Positions 29,380-37,431 of a stretch of 64,000 bases of DNA are shown piece by piece (the stretch's first letter is position 1; each line of letters begins with the position of its first letter). The DNA lies in the IMG/VR virus record IMGVR_UViG_3300025364_000003, positions 1 to 64,000 of that record; one strand, written 5' to 3'. The position numbers were made by a program, and so were the translations under genes. A model generated the notes under the pieces. That model was not told the origin of the DNA, did not search any database, and was given only the letters and a program-made list of their open reading frames with translations.

Positions 29380-29847
29380 ATGTCAGAAGAACACGAATCA
29401 TCCGAAAATTTTTTTACTCCCATCGAGGCTGGCAAAACTTTTCATCTGCCAGAGCCAGTTGAAGAAGGTCGGCAGTCGTTCTACGATCATTATCGTTTAA
29501 AGTGCGATCATATTGATATCCAACCCAAAAGCATTGTCCTTCCTAAATTTATCTTCAATCCAGGAGTGGGGTACAAGGAAAAGGGTCTTTTGTTGTTAGG
29601 GTTTGCAAGTGATCACAAAAATGATCTGTTCGTGAAGGTTCTTACGGCTGCTGAAAAAGGATTTAAGAAGTTTGAAATCGCTTTCTTGGATGACGATGAA
29701 AAGGAAGTTTTATCCACTTGGCGATTCGTCGGTGCCAGAATTCAAGCTGTTGATTTTGGATTTGTTGCTAAGGAGCGACCTTCTCCCGCTGAATTGGCAA
29801 TTGAAATTGATTATCAGCATCTCGCCATTGGAGATATGATCATTTGA
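29380..29847 (+). CDS. tail tube (gp19/Hcp-like) fold protein
   Basis: C-terminal EIAFLDDDEKEVLSTWRFVGARIQAVDFG...ELAIEIDYQ resembles gp19-family tube proteins. Confidence 0.45.
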   Translation: MSEEHESSENFFTPIEAGKTFHLPEPVEEGRQSFYDHYRLKCDHIDIQPKSIVLPKFIFNPGVGYKEKGLLLLGFASDHKNDLFVKVLTAAEKGFKKFEIAFLDDDEKEVLSTWRFVGARIQAVDFGFVAKERPSPAELAIEIDYQHLAIGDMII

Positions 29848-29916
29848 CAAACTAGCAATTAGGATCATTAATGTCTGTCAACCGTAAGTCCATGGTCGTT
29901 TGGCTATTTAGTATAT

Positions 29917-30234
29917 GTGGATATTCGGCCCGGCCAACTGGTACTTGCGAAATCAGATTTTGAGGCTAGTGAAATTTCTATTGATTGGCATGTCGAACAA
30001 TCTCTTCCTAGGGATCAACGAAAAACTTTAAGACATGTTCGAATAAAGAAAAATGAAATACTGTTTATAACGAACAGTCCAACAGAAGACACTTTTTTTC
30101 TACAATATGGGCATGGTACACAAATAAAAAGACACATGGTTACATTCCTTCGAGGTAAGTCATTGTGTTTTATGGTGACCGTGGTTGGACTAGAAGAGTA
30201 TATTGAACCAGTTGACTATTCAGAGCATGTCTAA
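29917..30234 (+). CDS. small beta-barrel paralog family A member
   Basis: IRPGQLV ... ILFI ... FLRGKSL pattern. Confidence 0.6.
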   Translation: MDIRPGQLVLAKSDFEASEISIDWHVEQSLPRDQRKTLRHVRIKKNEILFITNSPTEDTFFLQYGHGTQIKRHMVTFLRGKSLCFMVTVVGLEEYIEPVDYSEHV

Positions 30235-30523
30235 AATCTTACAATCGTGGGATACCATACCCGATGGTTCGCTAGTCAAATTTAAAGTACGTTCGACACA
30301 GATACAGAATTTTTCTGAAACGTATCTTTGGGATTCCCCAAAAGAGCCATACGAACAAACTAAAATCAACAAAGAAAGAATTTATTTGGTGGTTTCCTCC
30401 GCTCCAGAATATTATGAATGCCGACTCACCGGTCGAATTATATTCACTTTGCTCGACGCCGACAAAGTCAGATATTTTTTCTGCGCTACCAACCCCTTGA
30501 ATATTTTTAATATCTTATTATAG
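30227..30523 (+). CDS. paralog family A member
   Basis: IPDGSLVKF ... IYLVV ... LLDADKV. Confidence 0.6.
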   Translation: MSKILQSWDTIPDGSLVKFKVRSTQIQNFSETYLWDSPKEPYEQTKINKERIYLVVSSAPEYYECRLTGRIIFTLLDADKVRYFFCATNPLNIFNILL

Positions 30524-30538
30524 AGCAGCCTCAATTGG

Positions 30539-30567
30539 TTTACAAGCATTAGCTTGGATGATATTCT
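30539..30567 (+). promoter_or_regulatory. sigma70-like promoter
   Basis: TTTACA-N17-TATTCT, extended TG. Confidence 0.65.
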
Positions 30568-30620
30568 TCCTAAGTGGCTCAAGCCACAAAACTAACCCTA
30601 AACATTTACATGGTGATATA

Positions 30621-30971
30621 ATGAGCAAGGATTCTGTTAAAAACAGCGATAGTCAATCCAAAGATAGTGATAAGACAACAAGGCGCCGTCGTCGGGCAGA
30701 ACGCAATAAAATGCGTACCATTAAGCACATTCACAAACTCCTGGATTCCTTCCAGGAAGGTGTGCTTAGTGGGTTTTCAAATGATAGCTGGGTTGAACTT
30801 GCTGGTACCTACCGTCAGCTTTCTCCCTTTTTGGCAACAAACGAGTATGAAGCTCTCGGCTATGTTTGGCGCACGGCTTGGACGCAGAATCCTGATCAAG
30901 ATTCCGTGGAACAGCTAATTGGTGCAATTAAAGACCGGGTGGAGGGAAAGACCCAGCCTACCATTGGATAG
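30621..30971 (+). CDS. hypothetical protein (monocistronic)
   Basis: own promoter upstream and terminator downstream. Confidence 0.7.
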   Translation: MSKDSVKNSDSQSKDSDKTTRRRRRAERNKMRTIKHIHKLLDSFQEGVLSGFSNDSWVELAGTYRQLSPFLATNEYEALGYVWRTAWTQNPDQDSVEQLIGAIKDRVEGKTQPTIG

Positions 30972-31026
30972 GTGCTATTACCTATTCTTTATCCTGATAG
31001 CCAAGCCTTAGTTTGCCTATAAAGAC

Positions 31027-31060
31027 AAAAAACCCCCTCCGGTTTCCGGGGGGGGTTTTT
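31027..31060. terminator. intrinsic terminator (possibly bidirectional)
   Basis: A6-CCCCCTCCGG-TTT-CCGGGGGGGG-T5. Confidence 0.85.
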
Positions 31061-31133
31061 ATTTATTGTGGTTGAATCTGGCTTGACTATTTGTTATATT
31101 CTTCATGTGGGATACAAAAGAAAACATAGACGT

Positions 31134-31459
31134 ATGCCGACGCCGAAACATGACCAAAGAGTAGGAAAGGTGTATATTCTGCGGACAGGGCAGACTTTGG
31201 ACATCAAGACCGATGATGGAATTAGAACAAACCAAAGTTTTGAAGATGATACCAAATTCTTGTTTTTGGGCGTTGGTAAATCGCTCGGAAGACCCTTCAA
31301 GGGAAGATATTTCGGGAAAGGTGCTTCCCAAAAGGTGCTTCCCAAAAGGTTCATCGGTTTCTAGCAGGGGAAAAAATTATCAAAGTGGTAATGTTTTCTT
31401 GTGAGTTTGGGCACAAGTTTAGGCTTTTATATCAACCAAACATGGAAGCAAAATGTTAA
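31134..31459 (+). pseudogene. paralog family A member frameshifted by a 14-bp tandem duplication
   Basis: AAAGGTGCTTCCCA x2 at 31317-31344; removing one copy gives ...VHRFLAGEKIIKV...KC* overlapping the next ATG. Confidence 0.75.
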
Positions 31460-31878
31460 AGTATCTAAAGTCCGCAGAAAAGCTTGCACTTGAACACGAG
31501 TATGATGAATTGTTGGGGTATTACCTCTGTGCCCTTATCGTAAAGGGTGGCAACATCTTGAGTGTTGGCTTCAACAAGAAGTCTACCAATGGATTTGTTG
31601 AGCATTTTGCAGACCTCGTTCGAGGTGAGCGTGACTACTGCCTCTCCACCCATGCTGAGATGGATGCTGTTTTGAGGGCACGAGGCAAGCTTGATCTTCG
31701 GGGAACCAAGATTTATGTGGTTCGTATTAAGCCCTCTGGTGGGCTTGGCATGGCAAAGCCGTGTGAAATTTGCGAACATGTACTTTTCAACTATGGCATC
31801 CGTCGTGCTTATTATTCGATCAATGACAACGAGTACGGTGTTATGAAGGTTGTCAATCCTGCAAAGAGGTATCAGTGA
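31453..31878 (+). CDS. cytidine/dCMP deaminase-superfamily zinc protein
   Basis: THAEMDA ... AKPCEIC. Confidence 0.85.
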   Translation: MLKYLKSAEKLALEHEYDELLGYYLCALIVKGGNILSVGFNKKSTNGFVEHFADLVRGERDYCLSTHAEMDAVLRARGKLDLRGTKIYVVRIKPSGGLGMAKPCEICEHVLFNYGIRRAYYSINDNEYGVMKVVNPAKRYQ

Positions 31879-32264
31879 CATTGTCCCTAGACATAGGAAG
31901 CGTTGCATATCTAGACGAGAATGGATGCTTTCATAAAGCAATAACAGTAGTTTTCAACAATCCAATTATTTTGGCTGGCAAGGGAAGTTTGTGGACAGTT
32001 GTTGATGACGATCCGCTTGAACGGATATTGAGGTTTGTTTCAAACCCAAAAAGCTACTATGTTAGTAACTTTCGTTCTTATGAACAAGAAGGCAATAGCG
32101 CACACTATGCTCGTTATGGTGATACGCTACTATTTCTTGGTGATGTTTTCGAAACTGAAAAAGATAGATTTCTGAAAATGCTGCTTACTCTCAATGAAGA
32201 AAAAACAAGTTATGTACTATGGGGTAATGAAATAGAGTGCTGCAAGTATTTGATGCCCCTGTAA
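31875..32264 (+). CDS. paralog family A member (divergent)
   Basis: LDIGSVAY ... LLFLG ... MLL. Confidence 0.5.
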   Translation: MTLSLDIGSVAYLDENGCFHKAITVVFNNPIILAGKGSLWTVVDDDPLERILRFVSNPKSYYVSNFRSYEQEGNSAHYARYGDTLLFLGDVFETEKDRFLKMLLTLNEEKTSYVLWGNEIECCKYLMPL

Positions 32265-32321
32265 GAATATGCCAAAGCGGATCGAAATCGAAATAAATAA
32301 CCCTCCGACCTGGGAAAGAAA

Positions 32322-32468
32322 ATGCTTGTTCGTATACTTGACTTTCTATCTAATGTTGCCGAAGTTGCCTTTTGGGTGGGAATTGTTCTTATTGTACTTT
32401 CAATCGTCAGCTTTTGCCTAATTGCGTTAGGAGCTTTTGCTCTAATTGCTTTGCTTGCAACTTTCTAA
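32322..32468 (+). CDS. 48-aa membrane peptide
   Basis: MLVRILDFLSNVAEVAFWVGIV...ATF*, almost wholly hydrophobic; below ORF-track cutoff. Confidence 0.5.
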   Translation: MLVRILDFLSNVAEVAFWVGIVLIVLSIVSFCLIALGAFALIALLATF

Positions 32469-32497
32469 AATTAAAATGAAAAACAAATAGAGCAATA

Positions 32498-32773
32498 ATG
32501 ATTAGAGTTGGTGATTTAGTAAAACTAAAAAAGAACAGTCGCAATTTTATTTCAATTCGATTAGTTCACAAAGACAAGTATTCTTATGAAGAAAAAGCCT
32601 ATTTTGTTTCTGAGCCACCTCTTTTGGTTTTGGACATATTCCAGTTGAAACCAGCTCCGCATTTGCATTATGATAGACCTTATAGAGTGAAGGTTCTACA
32701 CGAGGGTAAGATTTGGCTCCTTCGATTCGGCAAGGCTGATTCATTCACTCGTTTCTTTAGAAAGGTAACATAA
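32498..32773 (+). CDS. paralog family A member
   Basis: IRVGDLVKL ... LLVLD ... VLHEGKIW. Confidence 0.65.
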   Translation: MIRVGDLVKLKKNSRNFISIRLVHKDKYSYEEKAYFVSEPPLLVLDIFQLKPAPHLHYDRPYRVKVLHEGKIWLLRFGKADSFTRFFRKVT

Positions 32774-32856
32774 AATGGGTAAAAAGGCTCCGCTACAGAT
32801 GCGCTGGTCAAAGCAAGAGGAGGAATCCGAGCAAGGTAACAATAATTTATAAGCGG

Positions 32857-32885
32857 TTCAGAGAGTCTCTGGTCAATGCTATACT
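32857..32885 (+). promoter_or_regulatory. sigma70-like promoter for the non-coding locus
   Basis: TTCAGA-N17-TATACT with extended TG. Confidence 0.6.
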
Positions 32886-33198
32886 GAACATGTCCTCGAA
32901 ACGAGGTTGAGATTGAAACGCTTGAATCAGCGACACTCTATTAGAGTGTAATGCTAACTGTTATCCTCAAAATAATAATGAAGGAAGGCGATCGCAATGA
33001 AGTAGTTATTTTCCGACTTGGAGTGATTTAATTTTGGAATAGCATTGAATATTTTAGACACTAAACGAGTAAGAAAATGGCAAGAGATTCGCCTTAAGAT
33101 GTTCTTTTTGTTTTATAAAAAACCGGAGCAGTCCTACTGTGGGGTTTCTACTGTGAAGGTTCTATTGATGCTTATGAAGCCCCACTAAAATAAAATCG

Positions 33199-33271
33199 AA
33201 GCCAGTAGTTTACAACAGGAAAAATACCTCATTTTTATGAGGAGACTCCGGTTCAAATCCGGGCTGGTTTC
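33199..33271 (+). tRNA. aberrant tRNA-like element (Lys/TTT-like, 6-nt anticodon loop)
   Basis: AAGCCAG/CTGGTTT acceptor, GTTT/AAAT D stem, CCTCA-TTTTTA-TGAGG, TCCGG-TTCAAAT-CCGGG. Confidence 0.6.
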
Positions 33272-33274
33272 CTA

Positions 33275-33350
33275 AGATAGCATCATTGGTTATATCATGG
33301 TTTCTTCTAAAAACTCATGATTAACGGTTCAAATCCGTTAGTGCTATCTA
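33275..33350 (+). tRNA. aberrant tRNA-like element (Arg/TCT-like, collapsed D loop)
   Basis: AGATAGCA/TGCTATCT ends, GGTTT-CTTCTAA-AAACT anticodon arm, AACGG-TTCAAAT-CCGTT T arm; D arm only TGGT-TAT-ATCA. Confidence 0.55.
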
Positions 33351-33761
33351 AATTTACCCCTGGAAACAGGGCAAGAGCGATCTCAAGTAAGTGTCTGAAC
33401 CTATTCTTGAGACATTTCTGTAAGGCGACACCAGGCAGAACGCTCAAAATCTCCGTGTGAAGGTGGTTGTTGGTGGGCTCAAATTGATGCAGAGGGCGAA
33501 AGAATGCAAGCATTCTTGGGTGTTGCATCAAAAATTTTGCAGGCAAAACTCTACAAACGCTGGTGCGATGGGAGAAAAGCGAGCACCTGCCTGTAATCGA
33601 GAGGTCAAATGGTAAAGCGAAACGATAATTTTTCTTTGGAACCGCAAGAAGCAACGCTTTTGTATGCTGCAAGCGAATGCTATAAAAAGGTGACTTCTCG
33701 TCATCTTGCGAAACATTCTGGCGCCGGGAGTCGTCCCAGGGACGACACTTACGATTCAAAC

Positions 33762-33974
33762 ATGAGTCTGTGCGAAGAACTTGGGCGTTTTGCCGGGCTT
33801 ACTTTCCGAGCAGCTGAAAAGTTTTATCCTTGGCCCGGAGCTTCAATTACAGAAGAACTCAGAGAAGAAGAATCTAATAATTGGTCTCAAAAAATTATCA
33901 TCACATTCCTAAAAATCCTCGTTTCACTTTTATTGCTAGGCGTTGCAGGATTAGCTTTTTTGTTGTTGGCCTAG
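33762..33974 (+). CDS. small membrane protein
   Basis: C-terminal TM helix; ATG 33762 preferred because 33609-33750 is structured. Confidence 0.5.
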   Translation: MSLCEELGRFAGLTFRAAEKFYPWPGASITEELREEESNNWSQKIIITFLKILVSLLLLGVAGLAFLLLA

Positions 33975-33987
33975 TTTAAGTCAGTAA

Positions 33988-34350
33988 ATGAAATTAATTC
34001 CTGGAAAGCTATACAAGCCCAAAGAAGGCTTAATTGGGCCTAAAAGCTCCAAATATCCCTCTAACAGGGAGGCAATTATCTTATTTACACAGGCGAGCCA
34101 AAATCCAGAAAGACCACTGCATCATTACTATCTTTATGCGACCACAGAAAAACCGCCCATTTTGTTTGTTGAAATGGACGAGCTTACTGAGTTGCGTTTA
34201 GAATATTTGGGTTCAAGATATTATCATAATTTTCCCAGGGCTAAGCCGGACATGCACATTAAAATAAATGCTGGAAAGTTTCTTCACGAGGATCGATTTG
34301 TTTGGGTACTTGAAGACGTGCTTCCAGTATTGGAGATTGTAAACAAATGA
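33988..34350 (+). CDS. paralog family A member
   Basis: LIPGKLYK ... ILFVE ... FLHEDRFVWV. Confidence 0.65.
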   Translation: MKLIPGKLYKPKEGLIGPKSSKYPSNREAIILFTQASQNPERPLHHYYLYATTEKPPILFVEMDELTELRLEYLGSRYYHNFPRAKPDMHIKINAGKFLHEDRFVWVLEDVLPVLEIVNK

Positions 34351-34808
34351 CTCTGCGTGGAAAAGCCTGTGACAATCCCGATTGCTCGGTTTCCTATGGA
34401 ATCTGTGGACGACTTACTTTTGGTTGTGGCAAGTTGGATTCTCATGGCTATTGGGAAAAACCTTGTTATACTTGTGCTCGCAATCACGAGCTTTGTCAAT
34501 ACAAAGATACTGGTGTTCATTTTGAATCTGCATGGCCGCCAATGACAGGAAAAGATTTTTTTCAGCTTTGCAGGAATGCGACTACGTTTTCCACGTTTAT
34601 TGCAAACGTTGGAAATAGCATTGTTGAATATAATCAAGATTATTTTTGGGCTTGTGCCGGATATGCTGTTTTAGCAAAAAAAGGACAAGTCATCTTTGCG
34701 AAAATTCAGGGCAATCTCGTCATGAGAAGTTTTGTAGAAAAAGTGATTAAAATTATGGATGAACACAATTGGCACATTGCAAACTGGCCTGGGGAAGTGT
34801 ATGAGTAA
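34347..34808 (+). CDS. Cys-rich hypothetical protein
   Basis: CDNPDC..GICG..PCYTC. Confidence 0.6.
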   Translation: MTLRGKACDNPDCSVSYGICGRLTFGCGKLDSHGYWEKPCYTCARNHELCQYKDTGVHFESAWPPMTGKDFFQLCRNATTFSTFIANVGNSIVEYNQDYFWACAGYAVLAKKGQVIFAKIQGNLVMRSFVEKVIKIMDEHNWHIANWPGEVYE

Positions 34809-35280
34809 CAAACAAAAAAGCAGGCGCCGAACCAGTGCAGTTTCGGGTTTTGTCAATTTCCCAGTAAATGATCCTGACTTGCCCTCGGATGGTCAAGGTG
34901 GAATGTTTGTTAGGTTGGTTGTTTATGATGCCAAAGCCGACAAAAACTACTATGACAAGTGGGGTTGCTGCTGTGGTGGTACTCAAAGTTTTATCTATGA
35001 TGAGTGTTACATTGGCGATGACCACTCTGATGAAAATTGCAATGATCAGACCGAAGAAGATTTTCATTTCCCCTGGTTGCACCTGGTCGAAGAACATCCC
35101 GCCAAGCATAGAAGTAGAGAGTATCTTTGCATTATGACCATTGGCTCAACTGGCTGGTCTAATACAGAGTGGACTTGCACTTACGACAGTTTAACCGAAA
35201 AGGGAAAAAGCCTTTATAAGTTAATCCAAGAGCTGTATCCTGGATGCAAGATTTTCCTACAAACATGGCTTGATACATAG
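34801..35280 (+). CDS. hypothetical protein
   Basis: ORF coupled to upstream gene. Confidence 0.6.
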   Translation: MSNKQKSRRRTSAVSGFVNFPVNDPDLPSDGQGGMFVRLVVYDAKADKNYYDKWGCCCGGTQSFIYDECYIGDDHSDENCNDQTEEDFHFPWLHLVEEHPAKHRSREYLCIMTIGSTGWSNTEWTCTYDSLTEKGKSLYKLIQELYPGCKIFLQTWLDT

Positions 35281-35352
35281 CGAAAACAGCGAGACTCCTG
35301 ATTTGTTGTAAATTACAACATGATATACTATTGAGCGCCTGGGGAAACTGCC

Positions 35353-35583
35353 TTGTCAAAAACTCGCAAAATAAATATAGAATTCGTTAAATCCCTTTTG
35401 AAAAAGGGGTTTAATGGCGATGCTCATGTGCTCGGAAATTATTGGTGCCAGTTTCTGGACGATTTCGAGCGTGAAAACGATGTAAAGATTACAGATGTCA
35501 ACTTTTCCGGAGAGGTGCTTTCAATTACTGTTGACGATGAAAAACATGTTAACTTCAGGATCAAGGTTGAAAAAATAAGGTAG
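35353..35583 (+). CDS. hypothetical protein
   Basis: ORF. Confidence 0.55.
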   Translation: MSKTRKINIEFVKSLLKKGFNGDAHVLGNYWCQFLDDFERENDVKITDVNFSGEVLSITVDDEKHVNFRIKVEKIR

Positions 35584-35669
35584 GCCACCAGTCAAAATTG
35601 AATCAAAAATATTTTAAGACAAATCACTACAAAAAAATTTACTTTGATAGTGTGAATCATACATAGTCC

Positions 35670-36194
35670 TTGGAGGCTGTGGTCATGCTTGAACTTTTAT
35701 TGGGGTTTGTTCTTTTTTTACTGGGCTGTCTTTATGGTAATTTTGTTGAATGGTTTGTGCACAGATACATTCTTCATGCACTTGCCAAACGCATGAAAAA
35801 TTTTCGCCCTCTCTCTTTTCATTTGCAAGAACATCATGTTGCAACATTGAAAAATGATTATAGAGATCCGTCGTATACAAACGACCCCATGTGGACAGTA
35901 AATCCAAAAACTCTTGAATTTTTTGGAATATTGGGAATGGCATTGCCACATGTCGTTCTTTTTTGGGTCTCAATTCCTTTTGCAATAGGCACGCTTTTTT
36001 GGATCGCATTTCATTATTTTGCTCACGTTATTTCTCATGTCAGGCCAGATATTGGGAAAAAATATTTTCGAGTTCATTATGACCACCACATGGGTGGCGA
36101 CATGGAAAAGAACTTCACTGTAACTGTACCTGTCATGGATTACCTTTTTGGCACTCGAAAAAAGTTCAGTGGCTCCAAATCCACAAATAAATAA
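35670..36194 (+). CDS. fatty acid hydroxylase / sterol desaturase family membrane di-iron protein
   Basis: EWFVHRYILH, HLQEHH, HVISH, HYDHH histidine boxes, NF..T.PVMDYLFGT; TM helices. Confidence 0.8.
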   Translation: MEAVVMLELLLGFVLFLLGCLYGNFVEWFVHRYILHALAKRMKNFRPLSFHLQEHHVATLKNDYRDPSYTNDPMWTVNPKTLEFFGILGMALPHVVLFWVSIPFAIGTLFWIAFHYFAHVISHVRPDIGKKYFRVHYDHHMGGDMEKNFTVTVPVMDYLFGTRKKFSGSKSTNK

Positions 36195-36305
36195 GTGAAA
36201 CCAAGCAAAGCAGAAATGTGGTTTAAATCTTCTTTTGAGTCATGACATCAATAAGTTGTTCTCTGTTTGGAACGCTAGAGGTATAGCGCTCAAAGAGAAA
36301 AATAG

Positions 36306-36959
36306 GTGCAAATGTCCATGCAAATGAAAGCTGAAGAAACTGATATATTTCTTCATTTCCCCAATTTTCTGTCTACTAAAACAGCGGATGGGTTATTTAA
36401 GACGATTCGCAGTCAAACTGACTGGAATTGGGTAAAGTATCAAAAGCCTTGGGGAGAAATTAAAACTCCTCGGCTAAGCGCTGCATATGGCTTTCATGAC
36501 TGGAACAATCCAGAACCAGTATCGGGTTGCGAACCCCGGCCTTGGCCTAAGCATTTGCTTGAGCTGAAAAATGAAATCCAATTGGTGTTCAATGCAGACT
36601 TTAACTTTGCGCTTTGCTTTCTTTATCGAAGTGGAAAGGATTCAATCTCATATCATTCTGACAATGAAAAGTTTTTGGGACCCGAACCAATAATCGCTTC
36701 TTTGTCTTTAGGTTCTTCCCGGAAGTTTGTCCTTAGGAATAAAAATGATAAAAAACGCAAACACGTGTTTGAAACCGGCCATGGCTCTTTGCTGATAATG
36801 AAAGGTCGTTGTCAGCATGAATGGGAGCACAGCGTAACCAAAACACAAAAAACCGTAGGGGAGCGCATCAATGTGACCATGCGCAGAGGTTACGGCATTG
36901 AAGCATCCAAAAATTATTACAAATATAATGTTGGTGTAGGAAATAATATTACACTGTAA
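36306..36959 (+). CDS. AlkB-family 2OG-Fe(II) dioxygenase (ALKBH2/3-like)
   Basis: TPRL, YRSGKDSISYHSDNE (HxD), IASLSLG, WEHSV, RINVTMR. Confidence 0.9.
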   Translation: MQMSMQMKAEETDIFLHFPNFLSTKTADGLFKTIRSQTDWNWVKYQKPWGEIKTPRLSAAYGFHDWNNPEPVSGCEPRPWPKHLLELKNEIQLVFNADFNFALCFLYRSGKDSISYHSDNEKFLGPEPIIASLSLGSSRKFVLRNKNDKKRKHVFETGHGSLLIMKGRCQHEWEHSVTKTQKTVGERINVTMRRGYGIEASKNYYKYNVGVGNNITL

Positions 36960-36960
36960 A

Positions 36961-37371
36961 ATGCATTACGAGGATAATATAGTTGGCAAGCTTTTTGTGC
37001 CTAGCGACCCTTGGAAAAAGATGTCTTCAAGGTATTCGGGATCTCTTTTTAATAAAGCAATTGATTCCTACATGCCTGTACTTCTTAGGGCCCACGAGGG
37101 CAATCCTGCGTTATATGGGCCAAACGATGATGTTTGGGTTGATATGGTTATGAGACGGTTCCGTTTTGATTCTCCTGCATTGTGCGTCGCAAAAAGAGAA
37201 ATGTTTTTCGATGGTCGTGACAGGAGATTTTATCTTGAACCGAGAGGACAAGCCTATTCAAAATTTATCGTTTATGAGTTTTTCCTAAATGGAAAATATT
37301 TTTGCGTTAAGAACTCACATATGCAGATGGTAAAAATGGTCAAAAACTTGGTGAATTGTGAAGCTACTTGA
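36961..37371 (+). CDS. paralog family A member (divergent)
   Basis: IVGKLFVP ... YEFFLNGKYF. Confidence 0.5.
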   Translation: MHYEDNIVGKLFVPSDPWKKMSSRYSGSLFNKAIDSYMPVLLRAHEGNPALYGPNDDVWVDMVMRRFRFDSPALCVAKREMFFDGRDRRFYLEPRGQAYSKFIVYEFFLNGKYFCVKNSHMQMVKMVKNLVNCEAT

Positions 37372-37431
37372 TTTACAAGAGAAATGTTGGATTGGCATTG
37401 GTACGCTTGACTGTGATGTTTAGGTGAAAAT

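Larger units (their letters stand above)
32890..33755 (+). ncRNA. candidate large structured ncRNA (or cluster of ncRNAs) with embedded tRNA-like elements
   Basis: no credible ORF; more than 10 helices visible by eye, including nested ones. Confidence 0.55.

Noticed and set aside
32890-33755. tmRNA, RNase P RNA or group I/II intron identity for the structured locus
   Set aside because: No Ala-type acceptor ends with tag reading frame, no GAGGAAAGUCC RNase P motif, no interrupted host gene; a covariance search is still needed
33307-33759. 150-aa minus-strand ORF and the 5' extension of ORF 33609
   Set aside because: Opposite to local gene orientation, no recognisable motifs, and coincides with dense RNA helices; not fully excluded
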